From the NCBI GenBank assembly GCA_024277355.1, contig JAJRVL010000004.1, positions 150,001 to 182,000 on the forward strand: 32,000 bases of DNA. The letters are read 5' to 3'. This DNA comes from an archaeon (GTDB lineage Archaea; Iainarchaeota; Iainarchaeia; Iainarchaeales; 1-14-0-10-31-34). The notes under the pieces were generated by a model. That model searched no databases and was not told where the DNA came from. It saw nothing but the letters and a program-made list of their open reading frames with translations. A program made the position numbers and the translations under genes. Numbering within the stretch: the stretch's first letter is position 1; each line of letters begins with the position of its first letter. Below are positions 1 through 8,914 of this stretch, piece by piece.

Positions 1-726
1 ATAAGGTGCCCATTGACTGAAGTTTCCGCCGTCAAGTGAATATCTCCACTGGCATTGTTCTAATCCTAAATTACATTCATCATCTTTTATGGAATCAGAA
101 CCAAAAACATCAATTACTGTGTCTTGGGTAATCCAGTAATCACATATTTCTGTTGCAGGATTACATTGATCATCAATTAAAATTTTTGGATCATTAACTG
201 TTTTTTCAACAACAGGAGGACTGCAGTCAATTCTTACTTCAGGTTGTTTATATTCATGTTCTCCTACTGGTTGAGCATTATCTAAAGTTGAAATCAAAAA
301 AGAACTTGCACAAGAACTAGGTTCCATTGCTGCAGTAAAATTAAAATCTTGGCTTGTTCCAGGAAGTATTCTGTTTCCGCCGGTTATTTGCTGAGTTTTA
401 TATTCACAATAACCATAAATAGCAGTAAAATCAAATAGCTCCCAGCCTGCCGGAGCAGAACCGCATGAAAAATCTAAGTTTCCTACAGTTCCCTGATAAA
501 TTCTTACTTCAAAAATATCATCAATACTTAAAGCATCGTTTGCAATTGTAACAACAAATTCATTTCCTGAGTCACTACAATTAGCTATGTCTGGACTTAA
601 ACTTACTGTTGTATCATGCACAGCAAAAACAAGACTTGAAAACAAAATTAGTGATAAAAATAAAAGTGAAACTTTTCCCCCAAAAGAATTAATAAAAGAT
701 TTTTTATGGTAAGATAACCAAGACAT
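1..726 (-). CDS. Secreted/membrane-anchored Cys-rich protein, function unknown; C-terminus runs off the left edge
   Basis: My own reverse-strand translation is open from the ATG at 726 to position 1 (242 codons). It is absent from the ORF track because no stop lies in the window. N-terminus is MSWLSYHKKSFINSFGGKVSLLFLSLILFSSLVFA, a hydrophobic signal/anchor, followed by many Cys. A TATA-like 'ttctatata' lies about 24 nt upstream. Confidence 0.6.
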   Translation of the reverse strand, partial: MSWLSYHKKSFINSFGGKVSLLFLSLILFSSLVFAVHDTTVSLSPDIANCSDSGNEFVVTIANDALSIDDIFEVRIYQGTVGNLDFSCGSAPAGWELFDFTAIYGYCEYKTQQITGGNRILPGTSQDFNFTAAMEPSSCASSFLISTLDNAQPVGEHEYKQPEVRIDCSPPVVEKTVNDPKILIDDQCNPATEICDYWITQDTVIDVFGSDSIKDDECNLGLEQCQWRYSLDGGNFSQWAPY

Positions 727-917
727 AAATATAGACCCCCCTATATAGAAAAAAATTATTTTTCTATAATTATTAAACGCCTTATCTTTAAATACTTTAA
801 GTTTTAGTCAAAAAATTATGTTTAAGTTAAAGGTTTGTTGCTACTTAACAGTTTATAAATTTTTTTTATCTGAATTACATCATATTACATTAGAGGATTT
901 ATCAGAGAGTTGAAGTT

Positions 918-1226
918 ATGCCTTTTAAAAATGAAAAAAATTTAAATTCTTTAAATAATTACAATAAAACTATTGATAAAAATATTTTTCTTAAACTTTC
1001 TCCTTTGCAGCAAAAAATTGTTAACGAATTATCTTTTGGCCCTTTAACTTTAACTCAATTAAGTGAAAAAACTGAGTCAAGCATTTATACAATTGGAAAA
1101 CAATTATCAATGCTTCAAGGGAGAACAAAATGCAACTGCTTAAAAAATAAAGGAATTAATTGTCCTTTAATAAAAAAAAATAAAGATGAAAAAATAAAAA
1201 CAACTTACTGCCTTTGTTTTGAATAA
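918..1226 (+). CDS. Small putative winged-helix DNA-binding protein with a Cys-rich tail
   Basis: The segment LSPLQQKIVNELSFGPLTLTQLSEKTESSIYTIGKQLSMLQ resembles ArsR/MarR-type wHTH. The C-terminus carries CNC...C...CLC. No close family recognised. Confidence 0.4.
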   Translation: MPFKNEKNLNSLNNYNKTIDKNIFLKLSPLQQKIVNELSFGPLTLTQLSEKTESSIYTIGKQLSMLQGRTKCNCLKNKGINCPLIKKNKDEKIKTTYCLCFE

Positions 1227-1298
1227 AAAAAATCTTAGTTTAGTCTGCTAAATAACGTTCCAGAACTTCTTTTAATTGTTTTATTTTAAAATTAATTA

Positions 1299-2108
1299 AT
1301 GAATCATTTAACTGAACTTGAAAGTCAGAGCATTTATATTATTAGAGAAGCCTACAAAAAATTCAATAACCCTGCAATACTCTGGAGTATGGGAAAAGAT
1401 TCAACTACTTTACTTTGGCTTTGTAAAAAAGCTTTTTTTGGAAAAATTCCTTTTCCAGTAGTTCATATTGATACTTCATTTAAGTTTAAAGAAATTTATG
1501 ATTTCAGAGACAAGTATGCAAAAGAATGGAATCTTAATTTAATTATAGAAAAAAATAAGAAAGCATTAAAGGAAGGAATTAATCCTAATAAAGGAGTATT
1601 TGAATGCTGTAATAAACTTAAAACACAGGCATTTAAGGAAGTGATAAACAAACATAAATTTAATGCAGTTTTTCTTGGAATTAGAAGAGATGAACATGGA
1701 ATAAGAGGAAAAGAAAGAATTTTTTCTTTAAGAGGGAAAGACTTTAAATGGAATTATTCTGATCAGGATGCTGAAGTATGGGATTTATATTCTGATGAAA
1801 CCGGAAAAAAACAGCATATGCGAGTTCATCCATTGCTTAACTGGACTGAACAAGATATCTGGAAATACATTCAGAAAGAAAACATTCCAATAGTAAAACT
1901 TTATTTTTCTGATTACAGAGAAAAAGGAAAAAGATTCAGAAGCATTGGATGTGAAAGATGCTGTAATCCAATGAAAAGCAATGCTGATTCAATTAAAAAA
2001 ATAATTAAAGAGCTTGCTGAAACAAAAGTTTCTGAACGAAGCGGAAGAAGCCAGGATAAAGAAAAACAGTATTTAATGCAAAAACTTCGTTCAATGGGTT
2101 ATATGTGA
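1299..2108 (+). CDS. cysD: Sulfate adenylyltransferase subunit 2-like / PAPS-reductase family ATP pyrophosphatase
   Basis: PP-loop-like WSMGKDSTTLLWL, LGIRRDEH, and a CysD-typical C-terminus ...ERSGRSQDKEKQYLMQKLRSMGYM. No cysN or cysC is visible nearby. Confidence 0.7.
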   Translation: MNHLTELESQSIYIIREAYKKFNNPAILWSMGKDSTTLLWLCKKAFFGKIPFPVVHIDTSFKFKEIYDFRDKYAKEWNLNLIIEKNKKALKEGINPNKGVFECCNKLKTQAFKEVINKHKFNAVFLGIRRDEHGIRGKERIFSLRGKDFKWNYSDQDAEVWDLYSDETGKKQHMRVHPLLNWTEQDIWKYIQKENIPIVKLYFSDYREKGKRFRSIGCERCCNPMKSNADSIKKIIKELAETKVSERSGRSQDKEKQYLMQKLRSMGYM

Positions 2109-3454
2109 AAATAAAGTTTATCCATTAATTCCTGAACTTTTTTTGGGTTTTCTTTTGAAATATCTTTTTTTTCGTCTGGATCTGTATTTAAATCATATAA
2201 TTCAAGTCTTGAATTTTCAGTTCCTTTTATTAACTTAAAATTTTTTTTATCTATTATTGTTTTTGTTTCTTTTCCTAAAAGTAAACATTCAGCAATAACA
2301 TAATCCATTTCTTTTTTATTTAATGCAATATCCATTAATGAAACAGGAAGTTCAGAATCTTTTTTTATTCCGGCTAATTCAAATACAGTATTATAAAAAT
2401 TAACAGAACTGCTTAATTTATTGATTTTTTTGGAACCAAAAGAAGAATTAAATAAAAACAAAGGAACTTTAATTAATTCATTATAAACTGTGTGTCCATG
2501 GTCTATTCCTCTGTTATAAAAATAAATGTCATCTCTTTGTGTTCCATGTTCCCAGAATTCTTCTCCATGATCACTGGTAAAAATTATTGTTGTTTTATCA
2601 AATAAACTGTTTTTTTTTAAGCAGTTTATGATTTTTCCTATTTGTTTATCAATTGCCCTTATTGATGAATTATATTTTTCAATTACAAATTTTTTTTCTG
2701 TTTCTGATAACTTATTTTTTAAGTTATATCTTAAATCTAAGAGTTCTGATTTAGTTATGTTTATTGTTTTGTATTCAGATTTATTAGATAAATTATAAAG
2801 GTCTAAGTAAGGAGTATGCATATCCATAAAATTAATCCATAAAAAAAAATCTTTGTTTTTGTTTGCTTTAATTTTTTTGACTGCATTATTTACTAATGTG
2901 TTTGCAGGAATACTGGATGCCCACTCAATTTTCTTTTTATTGAATAATTTTAATAATAATTTATCTTTAATTTTTTTTATTTTCATTAAAAAAGAAAAAA
3001 GCTTGATTTTTTTTGAAAAAAGAAATATTTTTTTCATTAAATTAGGGTTTTGAAAAAAAATCAAATACTCATGAAAGTATTTTCCAAAAGAGTCTTTATA
3101 ACACATTTCATTGCCTTGAATTCCAATACAATAATGGCTTTTCCTTAAAATTTTAGTAAAATAGTTTTCACAGTTATGTTTAAATGCCTGGAAAAAAACT
3201 GGTTTATTTTTTTTTGCAAAAGAAAGCTTGCTGACATTCTTTAATTTTGGACAGTTAAGAATAAACCCGTGTTCTTTTGGATAAACTCCAGTAAAAAAAG
3301 AAGCAAAACTTGCACCAGTCCAAGGACTTGAAACATAATGGTTTTTGAATTCAAAACCATTTTTTCTCAGGAATTCAATATTAGGAATATTATTTTTTTC
3401 TGTTTCAAGAGTTTTGGCTTTTAAAGTGTCAGCAGAAATCAAAATAATGTTCAT
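2099..3454 (-). CDS. Sulfatase-like hydrolase/transferase (alkaline-phosphatase superfamily)
   Basis: Metal and catalytic motifs typical of PF00884: MNIILISADTL, SSPWTGASFASFFTG at the nucleophile position, MDMHTPY, TSDHGEEFWEHG. Confidence 0.75.
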   Translation of the reverse strand: MNIILISADTLKAKTLETEKNNIPNIEFLRKNGFEFKNHYVSSPWTGASFASFFTGVYPKEHGFILNCPKLKNVSKLSFAKKNKPVFFQAFKHNCENYFTKILRKSHYCIGIQGNEMCYKDSFGKYFHEYLIFFQNPNLMKKIFLFSKKIKLFSFLMKIKKIKDKLLLKLFNKKKIEWASSIPANTLVNNAVKKIKANKNKDFFLWINFMDMHTPYLDLYNLSNKSEYKTINITKSELLDLRYNLKNKLSETEKKFVIEKYNSSIRAIDKQIGKIINCLKKNSLFDKTTIIFTSDHGEEFWEHGTQRDDIYFYNRGIDHGHTVYNELIKVPLFLFNSSFGSKKINKLSSSVNFYNTVFELAGIKKDSELPVSLMDIALNKKEMDYVIAECLLLGKETKTIIDKKNFKLIKGTENSRLELYDLNTDPDEKKDISKENPKKVQELMDKLYFHI

Positions 3455-3499
3455 TAATAATTAATTTGAGAGTTAAAATTAAAAGTAATGCTTAATTAA

Positions 3500-5128
3500 T
3501 TATTTTCCGTATTTGTCTTGCATTTCTTTTATTTTTTTGTCTTGTTGTTTTTCTGCTTCAAGTCTTTCTAAATTATATTCTTTCATGTCAACAAACTTTA
3601 AGTGTTCAGTTAAATTCGGATGAACTCTTTTAATTTCAGAAGAAATTTTTTGTGCTACTCTTCTGTAATCAGGATGACCCTGCATAGTACTTCTTAATTC
3701 AGTTAAATGAAAAGCCTGCCTTAAATTTAATTTAAAATACCATCGAATTTTGTATCCAAACGTAACTAAATATTGCGCAGACCAAGGATTTTTTTCTTCT
3801 ATTTTTTCAAATAATTCTTTTGCCTGATTCATTAAAGAAACATAATCTTCATTTATGCCGATTGCATTTAATTCAACTGGAGAAACAAAACCATGATGAG
3901 TTGAAAGCAATTGTCTTTCCTGAGTAAGCAGTCTGTGTCTATGCAAATCCCTGAAAACTCCGTAATTTCCTATAATGTCAAAAGTATAATCAGTGTTTTC
4001 AAATGCTCTTCCGGGTTTATGTCTTCTGTTTTTTCTTAAAGAAACATAAGAATTAATTAATTGTTTTTTTTGTTCTTCAGTTAATTCTTTTATCTTTTCT
4101 TTTATTTGATGCAAAGGCAAATGCAAATTAGAATACAAAATTGCACTTAAAACTTTTTCTTCTGCGTTTTCATCAAAATCAATCAATTCAACTTCATTAG
4201 ATGAATTAATTTTTTCTTTTCCTAAAAATTCTTTTGATAATTTTTTTGTTTTTTTTCTTGTTTCAGCTAAAAATTCAATTGTAGGGTTGCCGTATTCTCC
4301 AAAAGCTCTTTTAACAAAACTTGGAATATAAGAACTTAATTCTAAATGCATTGTTTTTGCAATTTCTTTTGTTTCAGTTAAAGGATAAGAACTTAATCTT
4401 GAAATCATATACTCAAATGCTCTTCCATTTCCATATAATCCTGTATTAGTTAAAGTTGAAGCAGGCAAAAAAACCCTTAAAACATCACAGGCTTTTGCTT
4501 TAACAGTTGAATTATATGCTCTATCGGAAACTTCTTCTGTTTTAGGGTTATTTTCTTCAATGAATTTTTTCATTGGTTCAATTGACTTAGAATAAACTTC
4601 AAACAACGAATTACATAATTCAGTATAATCATCTGCAAAATTGCTTTGCATTATTTTTTTTTCCCTTAAATAAAAATAATTTCCATTTTCATCTTTTTTA
4701 TCAAAATAAATATAACGAGTTGATTTTTCTAAAGGAGAAATTCCAATTCTTGCATCCTGAATTAATTTAACTCCAATATTGCTTACATCTTCAACCGCTA
4801 AATGAGCTCCACCTAATTCCGCTACACTGTCATCGCCAAAACCCAATAAAACTCTGTCATAAAATTCTTCTGCTTTTTTTATTGCAATAGCTTGTTCAAT
4901 TCCTTTTTCTGTCTGAAAACCTACTATTTCCTTAAAACCCATTTTTTCATCTGAAATAAATTCATCTAAAAGCAATTGTCTTAAAGGTTTAGGAGAACGA
5001 GAATACCTTGAAAATAAAGCTCCCATTACTACTTCAGGCAGATTTTTTAAAACAAAAACAGGTTTATCTAAACTGCTGACAAAAGAAGAAATAATTTCTT
5101 TTTCTTCTGAGGAAAAGTTTTCATTCAT
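3500..5128 (-). CDS. thyX: Flavin-dependent thymidylate synthase, long tandem-domain form
   Basis: Two ThyX-like halves. The N-half has GDDSVAELGGAHLAVEDVSN...DARIGISPLEKSTRY...VLRVFLP...NGRAFEYMISRL. The C-half has FRDLHRHRLLTQERQ...NLRQAFHLTELRSTMQGHPDYRRVAQ. Confidence 0.7.
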   Translation of the reverse strand: MNENFSSEEKEIISSFVSSLDKPVFVLKNLPEVVMGALFSRYSRSPKPLRQLLLDEFISDEKMGFKEIVGFQTEKGIEQAIAIKKAEEFYDRVLLGFGDDSVAELGGAHLAVEDVSNIGVKLIQDARIGISPLEKSTRYIYFDKKDENGNYFYLREKKIMQSNFADDYTELCNSLFEVYSKSIEPMKKFIEENNPKTEEVSDRAYNSTVKAKACDVLRVFLPASTLTNTGLYGNGRAFEYMISRLSSYPLTETKEIAKTMHLELSSYIPSFVKRAFGEYGNPTIEFLAETRKKTKKLSKEFLGKEKINSSNEVELIDFDENAEEKVLSAILYSNLHLPLHQIKEKIKELTEEQKKQLINSYVSLRKNRRHKPGRAFENTDYTFDIIGNYGVFRDLHRHRLLTQERQLLSTHHGFVSPVELNAIGINEDYVSLMNQAKELFEKIEEKNPWSAQYLVTFGYKIRWYFKLNLRQAFHLTELRSTMQGHPDYRRVAQKISSEIKRVHPNLTEHLKFVDMKEYNLERLEAEKQQDKKIKEMQDKYGK

Positions 5129-5168
5129 AAATTAAATAATTCAATAAATTCTTTTAAATCCATACATA

Positions 5169-5191
5169 TTAGGCAAACCTAAAATTAGGTT
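5169..5191. promoter_or_regulatory. Candidate DtxR-family operator: TTAGGcaaaCCTAAaaTTAGGtt (overlapping palindromes) abutting the dtxR TATA box
   Basis: TTAGG/CCTAA arms are the hallmark half-sites of DtxR/IdeR boxes. AACCTAA-aa-TTAGGTT is a perfect 7-bp inverted repeat. It sits immediately upstream of 'tttttatac'. Confidence 0.35.
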
Positions 5192-5213
5192 TTTATACTT
5201 TTCTAATTGTTTA

Positions 5214-5672
5214 ATGTATACAATGAACATGAAAATAATTTATCCTGAAGAACTCCAAGGAATAGTTCATGAAAAAACATGCGAAAATGAAGAAATGTAC
5301 TTAAAAGTAATTTATTTATTAGAAGAAGACGGACTAAAACCTGTTTGTTCAAATAATGTTTCAAAAGTACTAAAAATTTCATTGCCTTCAGTGGTTGAAA
5401 TGTTAAATAAAATGGACAAAAAAGGATTAGTAAAATATGACGGTAGAAAAGGAGTTTTTTTAAAGCCAAAAGGAAAAAAAATGGCAAAAAAAATTGTAAG
5501 AAATTTAAGGTTAACAGAATTACTTTTACAGGATATTTTAAAAATGAAAAACATAGAAAAATATGCATGCAAATTTGAACATTCAATGACAGATGAAATA
5601 GCAAACGCAATAACTAAAACCTTAAAAAATCCGGAAAAATGCCCTCATGGAAAACTAATTCCAAAAATCTAA
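5214..5672 (+). CDS. DtxR/MntR-family metal-dependent transcriptional repressor
   Basis: EEMYLKVIYLLEEDG...VSKVLKISLPSVVEMLNKMDKKGLV...RNLRLTELLL matches the DtxR N-terminal wHTH plus dimerisation helix. The true start may be the ATG at 5223 or 5229, given the TATA at about 5190. Confidence 0.8.
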   Translation: MYTMNMKIIYPEELQGIVHEKTCENEEMYLKVIYLLEEDGLKPVCSNNVSKVLKISLPSVVEMLNKMDKKGLVKYDGRKGVFLKPKGKKMAKKIVRNLRLTELLLQDILKMKNIEKYACKFEHSMTDEIANAITKTLKNPEKCPHGKLIPKI

Positions 5673-5724
5673 TTTTAATAATTCATCAAATAATTTATAA
5701 CAGTTTTTTTAAGTGATATATTTA

Positions 5725-6240
5725 ATGAACAAAATAAAATATACTTTAATTGCAGCAGTAACCTTAGACGGAAAAATAGCAAAAAATTCAAGTCATTTTA
5801 CTGACTGGACAAGCAAAGAAGACAAAAAATTCATGCAAAAAGAATTAAACAAATCAGATGTAATTATTGTCGGAAACAACACTTTTCAGACAGCAAAAAA
5901 ACCTTTATCTAAAAGAAACTGTATTGTATTAAACCATAAAATAAAAGAAAAAAAAGAAAATCAAACAAAAAATTTAATTTTCATTAACCCTGAAAAAACA
6001 GAAATAAAAAAAATAATTACAAAAAATAATTACAAAAAAATTTGTATTTTAGGAGGAATGCAGACTTACAGTTTTTTTTTAAGAAAAAATTTAATTGACG
6101 AAATGTTTATTACAATCGAACCATTAATTTTTGGGAAAGGATTAAGTTTATTTGATTATCAAAAAGAAAAAAAATTTAAATTAATTTCAATGAAAAAACT
6201 AAACAAAAAAGGAAGTTTATTACTTCATTACAAAAAGTGA
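5725..6240 (+). CDS. RibD C-terminal-domain / dihydrofolate-reductase-like reductase
   Basis: YTLIAAVTLDGKIA...DWTSKEDKKFMQ...SDVIIVGNNTF...ILGGMQTYSFFL is the RibD_C/DHFR-like fold signature. I prefer the ATG at 5725 over the GTG at 5713 used by the ORF track. Confidence 0.65.
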   Translation: MNKIKYTLIAAVTLDGKIAKNSSHFTDWTSKEDKKFMQKELNKSDVIIVGNNTFQTAKKPLSKRNCIVLNHKIKEKKENQTKNLIFINPEKTEIKKIITKNNYKKICILGGMQTYSFFLRKNLIDEMFITIEPLIFGKGLSLFDYQKEKKFKLISMKKLNKKGSLLLHYKK

Positions 6241-6244
6241 TTTA

Positions 6245-7273
6245 ATGTTAACTAAAAAAACTAAAACAGACTTAGAAAAACAACAATACAGAATCATAGG
6301 AGAACATTCAGCAGTAAAAATCTGCGGATGGACAAAACAAATGTTAAGAGGAAAAGGCTCCTGCTATAAATTCAAATTTTACGGCATAAAAAGCAATCAA
6401 TGCATGCAGATGACAACAAGTTTAAGCTGTGCTAATAGATGCACTTTCTGCTGGAGAGGATATAAGGCTCCTGTATCAAAAGAATGGAAATGGAAAATCA
6501 ATAAACCAGAAGAAATACTTAAAGGAAGTTTAGAGCAACAAGAAAAATTATTAAGCGGATTTAAAGGATTCAAAGATGTAATAATGCAGTTATATAATGA
6601 ATCAAAAAAAGTAAGGCATGCTGCATTATCTTTAACAGGAGAACCAATAATTTACCCGGAAATAAATAAATTAACTGAATTAATGAACAAAAAAAGAATT
6701 TCAACTTTTTTAGTTACTAATGCACAATACCCTGAACAAATAAAAAAATTAAAACCAGTAACCCAATTATATTTAAGTTTGGATGCGCCAAACAAAAAAT
6801 TACTAAAAAAAGTTGATTTACCTTTGTTTTCAGATTACTGGGAAAGATTAAATAAAAGCTTAAAATATTTAGCTAAAAAAAATCAAAGAACAGCAATCAG
6901 ATTAACTTTAATTAAAGGAATAAATGACATTGAAGAAGAAAATTATAGTAAATTAATAAAAAAAGGAAACCCTGATTTCATTGAAATAAAAGCTTACATG
7001 TTTGTAGGAGAAAGCAGGCAAAGATTAAAAGAAAAAAACATGCCTTTGCATTCAGAAGTAAAAGCTTTTACAAAAAAACTAAACGAATTTTTGCCTGAAT
7101 ATGAATTAATATCAGAACATAAACCTTCAAGAGTTTTACTGCTTGCAAAAAAAACATTTAAGAAAAAAGGAAAATGGAAAACCTGGATTGACTTTGAAAA
7201 ATACCATAAATTAGTTTTAAATAAAAAAAAGTTTGAATCAAAAGATTATTCAAAAGAAACTCCAAAAAATTAA
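6245..7273 (+). CDS. taw1: tRNA 4-demethylwyosine synthase (TYW1/Taw1), radical SAM
   Basis: Radical-SAM CANRCTFCWRG (CxxxCxxC), upstream Cys residues for the auxiliary cluster (KICGWTK, GSCYKF), SLTGEPIIYPE, and a length typical of archaeal Taw1. Confidence 0.85.
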   Translation: MLTKKTKTDLEKQQYRIIGEHSAVKICGWTKQMLRGKGSCYKFKFYGIKSNQCMQMTTSLSCANRCTFCWRGYKAPVSKEWKWKINKPEEILKGSLEQQEKLLSGFKGFKDVIMQLYNESKKVRHAALSLTGEPIIYPEINKLTELMNKKRISTFLVTNAQYPEQIKKLKPVTQLYLSLDAPNKKLLKKVDLPLFSDYWERLNKSLKYLAKKNQRTAIRLTLIKGINDIEEENYSKLIKKGNPDFIEIKAYMFVGESRQRLKEKNMPLHSEVKAFTKKLNEFLPEYELISEHKPSRVLLLAKKTFKKKGKWKTWIDFEKYHKLVLNKKKFESKDYSKETPKN

Positions 7274-8562
7274 ATTATTTCTCCAACTAAATAAAATTTT
7301 TCTGTTTTAATGATTTTTACTTTAATTTTTTTGCCTAAAGGAATTTTTTTGTTTACAACAATCTGTCTGTAAGACAAATTTTTTCCTATAGTTTGATTAA
7401 ATTTTTTTCCTTTTTCATCAATTAAAACTTCACAGGTTTTATTAAGCCATTTTTTGTTATTTTCCTCTAAAATTTTATGAAACAATTTAGTCATTTTCCC
7501 TGAACGTTCTTTTATTACTAAACCAGTTAACTGATTCATTGTTGAAGCTAAAGTAGCAGGCCTTGACTGAAAACGAGAAATATTCAAAACTTCAGGTTTA
7601 GTTTCTTTAATTAAATTAAGTGAATCCTTAAACTGTTTTTCTGTTTCTTCAGGAAAACCAACAATAATATCAGTTGAAATTGAAATTTCAGGAATTTCTT
7701 TTTTCAGTTTATTAATTATTTTTTTGTATTCTTCAACAGTATAACGTCTTTTCATTTTTTTTAAAACAATATTATTTCCTGACTGAACAGGAATATGAAG
7801 AAACTTAAATACTTTTTTGTTTTTCATTGCAGAAATTAATTCATCTAAGCATTCAAGAATATAAGTTGGATTAGTCATTCCAATTCTAATCAAAAAATCT
7901 CCTTTAATCCTGCATATTTCTTCAATTAATTCAGGTAATTTTGTTTTTCCTTTTTCAGTTAAATAAGCTCCATTATCCTGTGAAGTAATCCATATTTCTT
8001 TGCATCCTTGTTTAATGCTTTTTTTTATTTCAGTTAAAATTAATTCTTTTGGAAAAGAAAAAACAGGCCCTTTAATTAAAACAGTAGAACAATAAGAACA
8101 ATGATCATTGCATCCTGAAAGGATAGGCACAATAGAAATAACAGGATTAATTCTTTTCTTTGGAAAATTTAATTTAATTTTTCTTTCAAAAGAAGAAAAT
8201 TCTTCAGGTTTATTTTCAAAAGAAGACTCAATTACTTTATTTATTTTTTCAAGGTTATGCGTATTAATAATACTGATTTTTTTGCTGATTAAATGAATTT
8301 TAGGAATTAAAATTTTTGGAATACAGCCTGCAACAACAATTTTTTTTTCAGGAAACTCTTTAAGAATTTTTTTAATTGAATTAAGACAATGATTAACTGA
8401 AGGACCTTTAACTGAACACATATTAAATACAACAGCATCAGCAGAAGAAAATTCAATTGACTCCTCAGTAGTATAACCGCCTTTTTCAAGTAAGCCTGCC
8501 ATTACTTCTGATTCAGAAAAATTATTACTGCACCCGTAAGTTTTGAAAACTATTTTAGTCAT
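7270..8562 (-). CDS. MiaB-like tRNA methylthiotransferase, archaeal/eukaryotic (MtaB/CDKAL1-like) type
   Basis: UPF0004 N-domain (KTYGCSNNFSESE...NMCSVK), radical-SAM SGCNDHCSYC, and a C-terminal TRAM-like region. Start moved to MTKIVFKTYGC (ATG at 8562) because the TATA lies at about 8583-8596. Confidence 0.85.
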   Translation of the reverse strand: MTKIVFKTYGCSNNFSESEVMAGLLEKGGYTTEESIEFSSADAVVFNMCSVKGPSVNHCLNSIKKILKEFPEKKIVVAGCIPKILIPKIHLISKKISIINTHNLEKINKVIESSFENKPEEFSSFERKIKLNFPKKRINPVISIVPILSGCNDHCSYCSTVLIKGPVFSFPKELILTEIKKSIKQGCKEIWITSQDNGAYLTEKGKTKLPELIEEICRIKGDFLIRIGMTNPTYILECLDELISAMKNKKVFKFLHIPVQSGNNIVLKKMKRRYTVEEYKKIINKLKKEIPEISISTDIIVGFPEETEKQFKDSLNLIKETKPEVLNISRFQSRPATLASTMNQLTGLVIKERSGKMTKLFHKILEENNKKWLNKTCEVLIDEKGKKFNQTIGKNLSYRQIVVNKKIPLGKKIKVKIIKTEKFYLVGEII

Positions 8563-8608
8563 TAAAAAAAAATGAAAAAAAGATTTTTTATATTTACCTG
8601 AAAACAAG

Positions 8609-8622
8609 TTAGGTTTGCCTTA
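8609..8622. promoter_or_regulatory. Second copy of the TTAGG-N4-CCTAA-like motif (TTAGGTTTGCCTTA)
   Basis: 13/14 identical to the reverse complement of 5169..5182. It lies in the divergent promoter region between the MiaB-like gene and DUF1858-ispH. Confidence 0.3.
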
Positions 8623-8674
8623 TTGCTTTTATTTACTGCATAATTATATAAAAAGCACTGCATTGAATTATTAT

Positions 8675-8908
8675 ATGACTAAAGAAAAAATTATTACAAA
8701 AGACTTAACTATAGGAGAAGTAGTGCAAAAACACCCTGAAATTATTCCTGTTTTAATGGAACATGGCATTCATTGTGTCGGCTGTCATGTAGCTGCATTT
8801 GAATCTTTAGGACAGGGTTTTGCAGGACACGGCTACTCAGAAAAACAAGTTGAAGAAATAATTGAAAAATTAAATGAAGCAGTAAAAAAAGAAAAAAACA
8901 AGAAATGA
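8675..8908 (+). CDS. DUF1858 / hybrid-cluster-protein-associated redox disulfide domain protein
   Basis: ITKDLTIGEVVQKHPEIIPVLMEHGIHCVGCHVAAFESLGQG matches the DUF1858 CxxC domain. Start set at the ATG at 8675, about 25 nt downstream of TATA 'aattatataaaaa'. It ends 6 nt before ispH. Confidence 0.7.
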   Translation: MTKEKIITKDLTIGEVVQKHPEIIPVLMEHGIHCVGCHVAAFESLGQGFAGHGYSEKQVEEIIEKLNEAVKKEKNKK

Positions 8909-8914
8909 TATTTA

